A stretch of 62,919 bases of DNA, counting the filler, from Octopus bimaculoides (lineage: Eukaryota): NCBI RefSeq assembly GCF_001194135.2. It is 6 parts of 6 records of this genome, joined end to end, with 100 filler letters (N's around TTAATTAATTAA, not from the genome) between each part and the next. Parts side by side here need not be neighbours in the genome. Positions count along the whole stretch, not along the records: positions 16,499 to 36,451 come from NC_068993.1; positions 36,552 to 39,457 come from NC_069005.1; 4 more parts are not named here. One strand, written 5' to 3'. Positions 24,150 through 37,536 of this stretch are shown piece after piece (position 1 is the first letter of the stretch; each line of letters begins with the position of its first letter). The notes below the pieces were generated by a model. That model saw only the letters and a program-made list of their open reading frames with translations, had not been told where the DNA came from and ran no database searches. A program made the position numbers and the translations under genes.

Positions 24150-24588
24150 ATATTCTTTTATTTGTTTCAGTCATTCGACTGCGGCCATGCTGGAGCACCG
24201 CTTTTGTCGAAGAAATCAACACACAGGAATTATTCTTTGTAAGCCTAATACTTATTCTATTGGTCTCTTTTGCCAAACCAATATGAACGGGGACGTAAAC
24301 ACATCACTATCGGTTGTCAAACGATGGTGGAGGGGACAAACGCAGACACACAAATACATACATACATACATACATACATACATACATACATACATACAAA
24401 TATATATATATATATATAGGACGGGCTTCTTTCAGTTTCCGTCTACCAAATACGAGCAAGAGGCTTTGGTCGGATCGAGGCTATAGTAGAAGACACTTGC
24501 CACTTGCCCAAGCTGCCGCGAGGTAGGGCTGAACCCGGAACCATTTGGTTGGGAAGCAAACTTCTAACCACATAGCCACGACAGCTCC
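24150..24588 (-). mobile_element. SINE family A, full length
   Basis: Tail, (TACA)n/(TA)n centre and head are all present in reverse complement. Confidence 0.9.
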
Positions 24589-25077
24589 ATATATATATGT
24601 GTGTGTGAGCGCGTGTGTCTGTGTTGTATATGTGTGTGTGTACGAAATAAACGTATTCGTATACGAATCGTGTATAAGTCCAAAAATTATCAATAGAAGT
24701 TATCATAAAAATTCTTACATATTTATGAGGTGTGAAGCTGTAAGTGTGATTTACAAGCCAAAGAATCTGTCAAAACATAAATACATATAGTAGTATTCTT
24801 CTATAGCCCTAGGCTGAACACAGGCTTTTGAGTGAAAACTTAAAAATGCACCATGTATACATATACATACATATTTCGTTTTTGGATTTGGTTTGCAAGA
24901 TTCTTTATGTGAGTTCGTGTGTTGAAACATATTCTGTTGTGTCTGGGGAGAGTCATTTTCTTTTTATGCCTTATAATTTAACACACTCACCGGTAAAATT
25001 TCCACTTATTTCTTTTTCATTTTCCTTAAATTTTCGTTGCGTCTTGCAGACTTTTCAATAATCTTGACTCTCTCCGT

Positions 25078-25360
25078 TACTTACACTGCGCTACTTTTTG
25101 TTTGTTTGTGTGCATGTGTGTGGGTCAGTGTGTGTGTGCTTATGTATGCATGTATGTATGTATGTATGTATGTATGTATGTATGTATGTATGTATGTGCG
25201 TGTACATATATGTGTATATGCATATGTATATATGTATGTATGTGTGTGCATCTGTATATACGTATTCAGCATATTCATGTGCTTCCATGTCCGTGTTGGT
25301 GTATTTTTTTATGTATGCGTGTGTGTGTGTGTATTTATGTGTGTGTCTTTGTGTCCTCCA
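25078..25360 (+). repeat. Compound low-complexity block, inverted partner of 25940-26240
   Basis: Shared non-repetitive anchors, e.g. gcatattcatgt[g/a]ctt[c/g]catg[t/c]ccgtgtt and ttttgtttgtttgtgtgcatgtgtgtg. Confidence 0.85.
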
Positions 25361-25362
25361 TA

Positions 25363-25515
25363 CTCTACCAACATGCCACAGACCACCATGGAAGCAACTT
25401 GGGTCAACTTGACACCCGCATCTTATCCAAGCACCCAAAAGACCCAACACTCAGACAAATACGGGAGTACGTCCTTATAAATGAAACTTCTATACTAAAT
25501 AGAAAATATACATAG
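25363..25515 (+). pseudogene. Penelope-like GIY-YIG endonuclease C-terminal fragment
   Basis: YQHATDHHGSNLGQLDTRILSKHPKDPTLRQIREYVLINETSILNRK fits the H..H...IL.....R.I.E..I...LNR pattern of PLE endonuclease ends. Confidence 0.6.
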
Positions 25516-25939
25516 TAGATATCATACCTCCATACCCACAATTTACACAGGTAGAGTAGAATAGGTAGTGGGCTGTTATGTAGATAGATGTATGTATGTG
25601 TGTGTGTGTGTGGGGGGGGGTATATGTGTATATGCACATGTATGTAAGCATATGGANNNNNNNNNNGGGGGGGGTATATGTGTATATGCACATGTATGTA
25701 AGCATATGGATATGAAAATAAACAGATCAACATACAGACGGATAGGTACATAGGTTATATGAACAGACAAGCACACATACGCAAATGGAGACTGAAACAC
25801 ATGACCATATATACACACACACTTCACTTTACAAAAGGACACATATGGAGACACGTGTCCACACATATGGAGATGCACATCCATACATACAAACATGGTA
25901 CATAGTTGCAAAACTCACACACACACGCAGACGTGCACA

Positions 25940-26240
25940 CATAAGAAGACAGAGGTGCATACATATACAAACACACGCTCACACACACATACAAACAAAA
26001 TACACAAACACGGGCATGCAAGTACATGAATATGCAGAATACATACATGCAGATGCACACACATACATACATATATACATATGCATATACACACATATGT
26101 ACATACACATGCATACATACCTACATACATACATGCATGCATGCATGCATAGTCACACACACACACACACGCACACACACACACACACACACTGACACAC
26201 ACACATGCACACAAACAAACAAAAAGGAACGCAATATAAA
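25940..26240 (-). repeat. Inverted copy of 25078-25360
   Basis: The ORF-track peptides 25102..25515(+) and 25915..26250(-) share the same non-random stretch. Confidence 0.85.
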
Positions 26241-26339
26241 GAACGGACATATATGTACATATATGTACATATATGGCAAATGAAAGACAGAAGATGGAAC
26301 GACTTAAAATCGCACTAACTACTAATCTCTGTGTAGTTG

Positions 26340-26600
26340 ATCATTTAGATGTTTCCCTAGATTTAAACTCCTCCTCTTATTAACCTTTCCATAAGCCTAA
26401 TGAGAAATCCACATATATACATAAACAGTCTTGTCACCCTCTTCTAGTATTTAAAAATCCGATAGCTAATATTAGTAACAGTGTCTAACTTCTCTTCTTC
26501 TAAAGAAATTTTCGACAAAGCTGCCCCCTATTATAACAAGTCCCTAGCCAATAGTGGCTTCAAATATAAATTAATATATAATCCCTCTGTTAATCAAAAT
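26340..26600 (+). pseudogene. Penelope-like RT thumb/linker fragment
   Basis: PFHKPNEKSTYIHKQSCHP...NISNSVSNFSSSKEIFDKAAPYYNKSLANSGFKYKLIY (one frameshift), matching the PLE motif KPN..P.YIH..SNHP...AAP.Y..AL..SGY. Confidence 0.75.
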
Positions 26601-28505
26601 ATTAATAATAGACCTAGTGGCATGTCACTTTTCCCCTTTTTATTTTCCAAAGATTCCAGTCAACGAGTGATGTCACTTAGTGGCTGCTCAGTGCCTTAGA
26701 AATAGAACCCAAATCCCATTCTACCATATTTAATTAGTGATGTATCCATTAAAATACATACATGAAGCTGAAACCTAAAATAACGTTAGAGCACGCTCGA
26801 TGATTTATGTTTTGATTTCTTTTAAATATGATTCACTAATGCTTTTCATTTTCGTTGTATGATCCATTGCAGACAATGTCCGTTATTTTCAAAGACTGTT
26901 AAATACGAACTCCGTTTTAATGGGTGTCCGTGAAACAGAGTTTAATGCAATTGTGAGATATTCGAATGAAATTCAACAAGGATCTGTCGCGAAATGTTCT
27001 TTAAATTTATACCATCCCTTAGTATTTATGAGAAAAATAATTCCTGAAAATTTCAGTTCCATAGCTCTTATCAGTGAAATTTTATGGCCATTTAATATTT
27101 TAGGAAATTTTCGAAAATCTTAAAATATTTAATTATTTCCTATTTATGGGCCCATCATTCCAAATAGGTTTGATGCCATACCTTGGAACGTATGTTTCTT
27201 TAATCCACACTCTCTCAAGTTGCTCAGATTCAAAAGATCAATTCTTTCAACTCAGACACTTTAGCAAAAATGCCAACCACGTTCCAGCAAGGCATTGATC
27301 TTAAGAAGAGGCAGAAGACTTAATGGTCATACCTAGCTGAAATGACTTCGTTTGCTCTGGCTAAGAAGATCATAAGCCTACGTAGCCATAGTAGACCTGG
27401 GGTTAAACTCGACGAGGACAACAATAACAAAACCAACAGCAAAAATGCCGAGAACAAAAAGACATAGGGCACAATCATTTATTCCCATTATAAATACTCA
27501 ATTTGATGTAGATACGGAAACTGAAAGGCAATATAGCATCAATTACATGCATCTTTATAATGGATCGCTTTCTTTTCATAGTTATGATGTAGTCACGAGA
27601 TATTCCAGTAAGACATTAGATACATTGATTAAATCTTTACTGTAAAGCAAGAAGACATATATCGCTTATATTCATTACGTTGAGGCATTGTTCTCGCTTA
27701 GTTTCTGTCCAGCAGAGGCTTTACCATGAATAATCACTGGCTATAAATACACACATGCATACATATATACATACATACATACATACATACACATATATTT
27801 ATGTGTATATATGTATGTATACATGTATAAATGTATGCATATACGTACATGCCTTTCTGTGTATACAAATCTATATGCATATAAATGTATTTGCATATGC
27901 ATTCACGCCTTTTGTGTGTGCGTGCGTATCTGTATGCCTTTTGGTTGCGTACGATTGAATCTGTATTTGTGCGTGTGTGTAGACTGAAATTCTACAGAAT
28001 TTTGAATCCCGATTGACGTCACTGTTCGATTAAATCTATTATAGTTTGTGGAAAGTGATCAGTATGACAACAGGAAGTTGGTAATTCACGGGGGTGGTAT
28101 GTATTCGGTGCTCCAGGTTGTCTTCTATTGAAATTCCTCAATAAGAATTAATAGCCACATTCAATTTAAATTATTGCATCTTTACAGCGGAAATATTCTT
28201 TTCAACCTCGACAATAGCCTATTCAAAGCTGAGTCTGTCTGTCGCTACTTGGAGCTCCGCGTTCAAGTTCGCCAGGTGACTCTTAATATTGCACTCCACT
28301 TCATGTATAAAGTACTTGTTTTCGCTTGATTTCATTCATACTAGAGCGGCGATGTTACTGTTCTACAAATCTATGGTTGTTTGTATATGCACACGAATAC
28401 ACATACATCAATATGTACACACACACATACACACACACACATATGCATATATACACAGACACACCACACACACACATACGTATTCTTGTATGAATGTGCA
28501 TGCAT

Positions 28506-28538
<33 letters not shown>

Positions 28539-29698
28539 NNNNNNNNNNNNNNNNNNNNNNNNNNNNNNNNNNNNNNNNNNNNNNNNNNNNNNNNNNNNNN
28601 NNNNNNNNNNNNNNNNNNNNNNNNNNNNNNNNNNNNNNNNNNNNNNNNNNNNNNNNNNNNNNNNNNNNNNNNNNNNNNNNNNNNNNNNNNNNNNNNNNNN
28701 NNNNNNNNNNNNNNNNNNNNNNNNNNNNNNNNNNNNNNNNNNNNNNNNNNNNNNNNNNNNNNNNNNNNNNNNNNNNNNNNNNNNNNNNNNNNNNNNNNNN
28801 NNNNNNNNNNNNNNNNNNNNNNNNNNNNNNNNNNNNNNNNNNNNNNNNNNNNNNNNNNNNNNNNNNNNNNNNNNNNNNNNNNNNNNNNNNNNNNNNNNNN
28901 NNNNNNNNNNNNNNNNNNNNNNNNNNNNNNNNNNNNNNNNNNNNNNNNNNNNNNNNNNNNNNNNNNNNNNNNNNNNNNNNNNNNNNNNNNNNNNNNNNNN
29001 NNNNNNNNNNNNNNNNNNNNNNNNNNNNNNNNNNNNNNNNNNNNNNNNNNNNNNNNNNNNNNNNNNNNNNNNNNNNNNNNNNNNNNNNNNNNTATATATA
29101 TATATATATATATATCTACACACGCACAAACGTGTGGCGGATGGATATATATATTAACAATGCTTCAGATATTGGTATAACACTAGCAATATTTTAGGGA
29201 AGGAGTATAGCCGATTCCATCAACCTCATTACTCAGCTGGTACTTATTTTAACGGTCTGCAGCATATAAATTCTTGCCGCTAAGCATATTATCCGGAGTG
29301 CTAACTATTCTCTCAGCTTATTGCCTCCATGTGTAAAGAAATAAAGCAGAATTTTTCAGATGCATTAGAGATACATTTCTAAGCAGTTGATAAGAAGACT
29401 GGGTCCAGGGTTTTATGAATGAAACGTGGAAGTTGGTGAAGGTTGTAGTGAATAGATTAAAGTTGCGAGGGATAGGGTAAACGAAATGTATTTTCAAGAT
29501 TACTGGTGTCCTCATTTAAGTGGATTAAGTAAAAAACAGATACATTAGACATGCATAAACTATAAGGCAGTTATAATTGGAACCATTTTGATGATATTTT
29601 GTTGTATTTTCGTTTAGTCGTTATACTAATAAAAACACGCTCACACACACACACACACTGGTTCTATTTTACATCTTTGAATATTATTCGGTAAATGA

Positions 29699-29920
29699 AG
29701 GCGGTGCGCTAACGGAATCATTAGTACACCGGGCAGAAATGATCAAATGTATTTTTTCCACCTTTACGTTCTTCGTTCATATTCCGTCAAATTCGACCTT
29801 ACATTTTATCCGTTAGGATTCGATAAATATGTACAAGTTTGAGCTCTGGTTTCGAAATACCTAACACTCGTCCTCCCCTAAAACTGCTGGCTTTATGTCA
29901 AAATTTGAAACCATTATTAT
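29699..29920 (+). mobile_element. tRNA-derived SINE family D, decayed
   Basis: aggcggtg.gct..cagaatc head...caaaatttgaaaccattatt tail; homologous to 33929-34080. Confidence 0.75.
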
Positions 29921-30179
29921 TAACAACCATGTATCTATTTAACCAATTATCTAATCGATTGTGTGATTATTCAATCACGCATCTAGTAAGTTTGGTTGGA
30001 ATTCTTTCGTCACCGTTCGCTACCTCATCAATGGCGTAGCGAGGATACTTTATTTGATGGGGTCCAGAATAACAAAGAAATGTCTCTCCCAAACCTATCT
30101 TATTCACTGGCCGCACGAATAATCAAACGATTCATTAGTTAATTGTTCAAATGTTTAGCTAGTTTACTAAAAATGCACA

Positions 30180-30317
30180 AGGGCTCACATTTGCGGGAGG
30201 GATTAGTCTATTACATTGACACATGTCCTCAACTGGTGACCTTTGAACTCAGAACACGAAGAAATGTCGCAAAACATTTTGTGCGGCGTACAATAGACTC
30301 TGCCACCTCACCGCCTT
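30180..30317 (-). mobile_element. SINE family D, internally deleted
   Basis: tttgaactcagaac...ctctgccacctcaccgcctt. Confidence 0.7.
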
Positions 30318-31184
30318 AGTTGACTAATTATAATTGAAAAGAATCGGAACCACCTTCTGTTTGTTGGTCACGTTTCTCATGGCCACGCCGGATGATTATG
30401 TTTCTCGTGGAGGTGGGAACTGCTCGAAGGCACATCCCGAGCTGATGCTAGTAAAATGGTGGATGCAGCAACATGCTGCAATAGCACATGCACCATACTG
30501 GTCTGAGTGTTGAACATAGGTGTGTTGGATTAGAGCTGATCTTGGCACAGTAAACAACTCTATTCTAGACATTGTAGACTCTATACTCTACCACAAATCA
30601 TACAACACATCGGAAATATAGTGCTATACAACTGAGAACATAGTCTATACTACAAGGAACTGAAAAACGAAGTAATCCTATAAACAACAAAAGGAGCTCC
30701 AAAACAGAGCGAAATATTTGTAACACTAAATAAGAAAAAATCATCACGTGCTCTCTAAAGTCAATTCCAATGGCTTCGATTTGCACTTTGTGGTGTAAAA
30801 GAAGCTACTGAAATCAAATGAAAATTATTAGTACAGTGTCCAACACAACATTTTGTTCGAATTTCCACGATCTGAGTCCAAATGTTGCATAGGTAAATTT
30901 TTCTTTCCTTCGCCGGATATCAATAATATAAATTCTAAATATGATATACTAGGAAAAAATATTTATTGAATGCTGGTCACAACATCTCAAATTGCACACA
31001 AATTACAGATATAGGCCTCTTATTCAGTGAAACAAAATCAGATGCTAACAATAAAAGACCTCTTGAACGTAAATTTTTACCACAGCAAGTACAGATGACG
31101 ATGTAATCGACCAACCTAATGCCTTTCAAAATAGCTAGCCTTGTGTCCAAATTGGAAACAATAAAGATATATTATCCCTTACCG

Positions 31185-31405
31185 TTTATCTTTTACTTAT
31201 TTTAGTCAATGGCCTGCGGCCATACTGGAGCACCGCATTGAATAATTTTACTCCAACGTACTTCTCTTCTACTGGCTTTTTGCTGACATGCTAAGTAATG
31301 GAGCATAAGCAAACCAGCATCGGTTGTCAGGTTATGGATGGGTAGAAACAGATACATAAAGACACACACACAAACACTTATTGTGTGTGTACTTGTATGT
31401 GTGTA

Positions 31406-31437
<32 letters not shown>

Positions 31438-31623
31438 TATATATATATCTGTGTGTGTGTGTGTAATAGGCTTCCACAATGTTTCCGTCTATCAAATTCA
31501 CTCGTAAGGCATCGGTTGGCGTCGGGCTATAGCAGAAACTACTTGCCCGAGGTCCAGCGCCGTGAGACTGAATCGGAAACCACGTGATTGCAAAAGCAAG
31601 CTTCTTAACCATCCAGCCATACC
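31185..31623 (-). mobile_element. SINE family A, decayed full length
   Basis: Tail, (CA)n centre and head in reverse complement. Confidence 0.85.
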
Positions 31624-33509
31624 AATGCTGCCAACTTTCTGATTAAAATTAATTTAATGCTTATAACTATTTCTGTGGGTTAAGAAAGAACAACTATAAT
31701 ATTTTCACGGTGTTATATTTCTAAGCGTAGAATTGTATCACATACCCAACTAACCTTAATCAGTAAACTGTCTTTGATATAATGTTCTGTGTATGGTCCT
31801 GTCAGATTTGATCAATGGAAATATTAATCAAACAGAAGTGTAAAATAATTAACTATAAACGCTTTCCTGTATGGATTTACGAATTCAGCGAAACGGTCTT
31901 AATTGTAAAATTGAATAATACTATTCTGGGATGTAGATTTTTGACAGTGATTCCATTCTCAGATCAATACCTATTTATTTTCAGAAGACTGTTATATGAC
32001 CCAAATCGATCCGAAAAACGGCTGAGACAGAAAGTAGAAATAGTATATTATAGTATTATAGAATGATTGTCGTTGCCAAAATATTTCAATATTGATTTTA
32101 ATTGAACAGACGAGACGATGTGTTAACAGAACCAGAAGCGCATTGGAACTAAATAGTTTTATAGTACACGCCAATAAAGCTGTTACAAACCATTTTCGAT
32201 TGATCTTCTAGAATTAATAGCGAGATCTTTTAAGTTCGCCCTACTTCTTTGGAAATTGATGGAAACGCTGTATAAATTAATTTTAAATATATAATATGCG
32301 TTACAAATATGTGAACGCAGGTCACAACATCCTAAGTTATACATAAGCAGCACTCATAAACCACTTCATAAAATCAAACTAATGAGAATAAAAGACTACG
32401 TAGACATATGAAGATCAAAGGTTTCTACCACAGTGAACTCCAGACACCCTCAGTCCTTGCTAATATAAAACAAACTCACAAAAATACTCCTAGGCATTTA
32501 TACAGAAACCCAGTACACGGGAGCAGCGCTATACTAAAGCATGTTACTGCTACTCAACCAAAACGAACATAAAACTTACACATAACTATTGAAAGAGCGT
32601 CAGTATCTCCATTAGAACATACTGATCTGGAATATACAGCATCAGGTCTAAACAACAACGACGACGACGACGACAACAGTATCTACAACAGCAACATCGT
32701 AATCATCATCAACAACAACATTACACGACTTGATACTATTATAAGACACTGAATAGAGACTTGTAATGGCATTCTTGCATTGTTCAGGGGTTCACGTATG
32801 AATCGTGAGATAAGGAAAGGGTAGAGTGACCGTCTCTGCTGCTGCAATAGCGTCGGATTTCAAAGCCTCCTGCAGGCATTTCTCTCTGAATACTTTACTG
32901 TATATACCATTTAAAATAACGTGAATATATTTCAGAACAGCTGGTAATGTTGCATAGGAAGGATTAACAACATATTCATGTGAAGCTTTATCTCACTTTT
33001 GCTTCACATCAAAACACGTCAACTAAAGAAAACAAATCACGTGTCTTCACGCTGTCTGAAACATCGATATTTGTCATTTATCAAATGTATCGATTTCGTT
33101 CTCTCTTGGAACAAAGGGAGAAAATATTTAGATCTTGCAATCTAAAAATAAAAAATAAAATGTGTTGCTTTGCTTCAAGCTAGGCTTGATTGATTCGATA
33201 TATAATGGAAACCATTCCTGCCATGCCTATCCAATCTTTTATATATTTACAAATACATTCAACAGTGTGTTCCGTTACCATCAGTGTTTCTTTTTTAGAA
33301 ACAAATGGTATATGATAAAGATTTGCAGCTATTTCTAGCATTTAGAATAACCTACACGCAAACCCATTTGTTGGCTTCTAAGGTTTCAACAGGAAATTTA
33401 GTTAATTTCGCAGGTTTTGATTTGAATGCAATATTTAGAAGGTTATTGATTATTTATGCATTGGAACAATGTTTACGATATTTAAAATGGAGGATTATTG
33501 TGATCGTAG

Positions 33510-33820
33510 AGAAGGTGCGTGGCTTAGTTAGTTTATGCGGCTCACGGTCGTAAGTTCAGGACTCGATTCCTGGACTGGGCTATGTGTTGTGTCCTTTTAG
33601 CAAGACACTTTATTTCACGTTGCTCCACTCATTCAGCTGGGAGAAATAAATTTTACCTGTAATTCAAAGGGCCAGCTTAATCACATTCTGTGTTCGCTGA
33701 ATCTCCATGAGAACTATGTAAATGGTACGCGTGTGGAGTTCTCAACGACTTGCATGTTAATTTCACAAGCAGAACGTTCCGTTGATCAGATCAACTGGAA
33801 CCCTCGTCGTCATAACCGAT
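33510..33820 (+). mobile_element. tRNA-derived SINE family E
   Basis: gtggcttagt A-box-like and ggactcgattcc B-box-like motifs, then agcaagacactttatttcacgttgctcca. Confidence 0.75.
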
Positions 33821-33928
33821 CAGTTACCATTTATTTTACAGTGAGGAAGTCAATTCAGTTGAATCGTAGATATATAACCGGTTTTTATTTCAGAAACTTT
33901 GTGCTTGTTGTTTTTATTTGACAAACAA

Positions 33929-34080
33929 AGGCGGTGACTTGGCAGAATCTTTAGCACACCGGGAGAAATGCTTAGTCGTATTTCGTCTACCGCTACGTTC
34001 TGAGTTCAAATTCCGCCGAGGTGGACTTTGCCTCTCATCCTTTCGGAGTCAATAAATTAAGTACCAATGAATCACTGGGC
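33929..34080 (+). mobile_element. SINE family D
   Basis: aggcggtgacttggcagaatc...gagttcaaattccgccgagg...catcctttcggagtcaataaattaagtacc. Confidence 0.85.
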
Positions 34081-35312
34081 TCAAGCGCACAAACAGAGTA
34101 GGTCGTTCCAACCTTGACTATCCTATCGTACATCTCCACAATGTGAGCAGGTCTGTATTATCTAACATGCATTTTCTGTTACTGTTATTCTTTAGCGCTT
34201 AGTTCTCATCAAACAGAACTAAAATAAAAACACGTTTCAAATGTGACCATACCCCTCTTCTTGCTTTCGGCACATTCTATTGGCTCTTGAAAGTCAATGT
34301 ATTCAACCTGCCCATGTAAGACTTTACTGTGTGATGTTGAGGAGACTTGACAACTATTTCTTTAAGCACAGAAACAGGATAGCATAAACTTATACTCATA
34401 TTTCTTTCTATATAACACCGATGTTTATTCGAAAATGCTGCTGGTTTGGGTCCATACAGTTTGATACCAATGCCGTCGAGGATATTTTTTGATGAAATCC
34501 CGAATTGCGAAGAAAGAATATATGAAGGCGGAAGAGACTTCACAGGACATGTCAAAAGCTAGACTGGTATTTTTTATCCACCCGCAGAGGATAAAAATAA
34601 CAGGAACAATTAACACTGGCGAGATTTGAACTCATGTAGTGACTTTGCTTTTTATAATTTCGGGGCAAATGAAAAAAGTATTCGTCAAACACCAGAGCTG
34701 ATTTCACATTCCCTGCTCCGGAAATTGGTTGCAGGAAAGGGGGTGAATGGCTGGAAAGAAATGTTCACATCATGTCCTCACCAATCCTTCCGCCATCCGT
34801 TCTGTAACAACAAAAGATCTCATATAAAACGCTAAATTAAATTATTCACTAACGTCATCGGCATGAAGCATTATATTTAAGTTAATGTTAACATATTTAA
34901 CGTAGTGAGTAACAACACTCTAATTAAAAATAATTACACAATGAGGAAAAGACAACGTTAGCTCAATGACGGATACCGTTTTAGACTAATTACTGTAATA
35001 CAGAGAGAGAGAGTATGGGAGACAATACATGTCACTTTAAATTTACTGTAACTCTTACTGTTATTATTGCTACCACATCTGTAGTTGCTTCCACGATATA
35101 TTTCTGGCTTGTCATAAATTTATATTATGGTTCCTTAAGGGGATATCTGAAACAGAAAATTAACTAATATATAATTCATTTATTACAACTGAATTACTTC
35201 ACATATGTACAACTTAGCTCTAAAATTTCCTACAAAATTAAATTTTTATTCTTCAAATGTTGATTCGTTTCCTTATTACTATTATCAACAATTATGTTTA
35301 TTATCACCATTG

Positions 35313-35366
<54 letters not shown>

Positions 35367-35367
<1 letters not shown>

Positions 35368-35503
35368 TCAGTAGTTTTATTTTTATAATGTGCTTTCACT
35401 TCACTACCGAGCGCAGCTCTGTGTGCCTTGGGTATGTGCTGTGGTTTGCTGTGATGCTCTTATGGTTACTGTATTGAAAGTGTTTTGCGTAGGATGTGTG
35501 CAG
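35367..35503 (-). mobile_element. Extreme 3' end of an RLE-type (R4/Dong-like) non-LTR retrotransposon embedded in (TAA)n
   Basis: The minus strand encodes TAHILRKTLSIQ*, like the GTAHILRKVL C-terminus of RLE LINEs. It is followed by a 3' UTR of about 100 bp and flanked by (TAA)n on both sides. A second copy lies at 62826-62919. Confidence 0.7.
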
Positions 35504-35541
35504 TTATTATTATTATTATCATTATTATTATTATTATTATA

Positions 35542-35594
<53 letters not shown>

Positions 35595-36283
35595 CATGAT
35601 CACCACCACCACCACCACCAACATCGACGTCGTCGTCGTCGTCATCATCATCATCACCATTAACTTTTAATCACCATGTTAATTATTAACAATTTAATGA
35701 TCATTCTGAAGATATATTCTTTTATAAACGTTGTAAAATTACGCATACGTTTACTTCTTAAAATACATGAATACATGCCTTATATGACGGAAACATAATT
35801 GGATCTCCGTCGATTTCGACGTTGAGTATGAAGTCGATTCATCAAGAGAAACATCTATTCATTCAATTAGATTGTGTCGAGTGTTTGGGTATTTCACAGA
35901 GCCGTGTAACCATAGCGTCATTTTCATTAGAATCGGTGAGGCATACTTAATAAAGGTAGCATTGTTTATTAAAAGCATAGTCTAATCTATGACATTTACA
36001 GTTTCCGTGTATCCAATTTCATTCCCAACAAATGTATCGGGCCGAGGCAATAAAGAAAGACACTTGCTCAAGGTAAGATGTATTAGGGCTTCGTGATTTC
36101 GGAGCAAAATCTTTAAGTATCAAAGCATTAAAATATATACCAAGTGTTCATATTCCCACACACAAATGCACACACGAGCATTTATGAAAACATACACATC
36201 TCTCTCTCTCTCCCTCCCCTCCACTATCTCTCCTACCCTCTCTCTCAATCTCTTTTTATCTTTTTCTCTGTTTTCCACTATTC

Positions 36284-36330
<47 letters not shown>

Positions 36331-36451
36331 TATCTATCTATCTATCTATCTATCTACCATTTTAAGCATAGACTTGTAACAAAAAGAGACAAAAAGAGAG
36401 AAGGTACTTACTTTCATGTACCTTTAAAAAAAAAAGCCTGAGGTGACCGTG

Positions 36452-36551
36452 NNNNNNNNNNNNNNNNNNNNNNNNNNNNNNNNNNNNNNNNNNNNTTAAT
36501 TAATTAANNNNNNNNNNNNNNNNNNNNNNNNNNNNNNNNNNNNNNNNNNNN
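36452..36551. other. Artificial scaffold join N44-TTAATTAATTAA-N44
   Basis: 12-mer at 36496-36507. Confidence 0.95.
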
Positions 36552-36989
36552 ATATATATATATATATATATATATATACTATATACATACATATATATAG
36601 ATGCACACAGACACACACTGACGCACACATCTGGGTGCTGAAAAATGCCTAACTTAAGGTTAAAAGGAAATAATGGAGGATCAGTTAATTATTATTTTAA
36701 TCAATATGTACCCCTCTCACATTCACACACTTACTGCAGTGGTCCTTCAGTTTTTCTAGGCCTTGTAAAAGAACTCGGAAGGTTTGGCCACCAAGCAGGC
36801 CTTTCGCGATACCCTTAAGGCCAGAAACTTTTCAGCAGCCTCTCGTACACCAGAAAATAACGTGGTTTTCTGTGTTGTCAATGCCTTGTGAACATCCACT
36901 CTAAAAAAAAATGGCTGGCATGATTTGTAACTAGATTTCGCTCCGCACCTGGAGAATGACACAGCAAATGCCTTCACAGCATGGCGGAT

Positions 36990-37335
36990 GGCGAAGAGAC
37001 GAAGGAAAATGTTGCAGCATACATTGATATATTAATATACGCTGTAAGTTGACATAGCTAACTTTATACTAAATCAGAAATTGTGCAGATGTTTGTAAGA
37101 CTTGAGGAAGAAGAAAGTGGAGAAGAAAGCAGTGATGGAAATGAGAAATAGATGCAGAGAAAAGTATCATCGCCATTGAGAGATTAATTCAGTTGACAGC
37201 ATGAAGTGCTAAAAGGTCTAGAACAGCGTAGTTTTATAACTGAGCATGCGATAATGGACGTTGACATACTACTGTATACAATAACATGAGCAAGACCGAA
37301 GCATATGAAACAGCTTAAATTTGAAAGACATGTCC
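36990..37335 (+). pseudogene. Possible pogo/Tigger transposase C-terminal remnant
   Basis: EIVQMFVRLEEEESGEESSDGNEK...VLKGLEQRSF...MKQLK: an acidic tract followed by a KQ end, resembling Tigger tails. No catalytic motif was seen. Confidence 0.35.
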
Positions 37336-37503
37336 ACTAAAAATAGTGTGATTGAAGAGTAGACAGTTTAAAATCCGTTGCTATCAAATAAACTCCACTC
37401 ACTCCACTACACGGCCACCATCATTACCAGATTCTCAAGAAGGCTGCGCAATTTTTATCGCCAGACCCTCGTGCACCAGACATTTTTTCAAGAGAAGGCG
37501 GAG

Positions 37504-37536
<33 letters not shown>

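Noticed and set aside
25614-25710. 43-bp direct repeat around a 10-N gap
   Set aside because: Typical unmerged-overlap assembly artefact.
28090-28280. Possible CR1-type RT remnant (LDNSLFKAESVCRYL)
   Set aside because: The resemblance is too short and weak to call.
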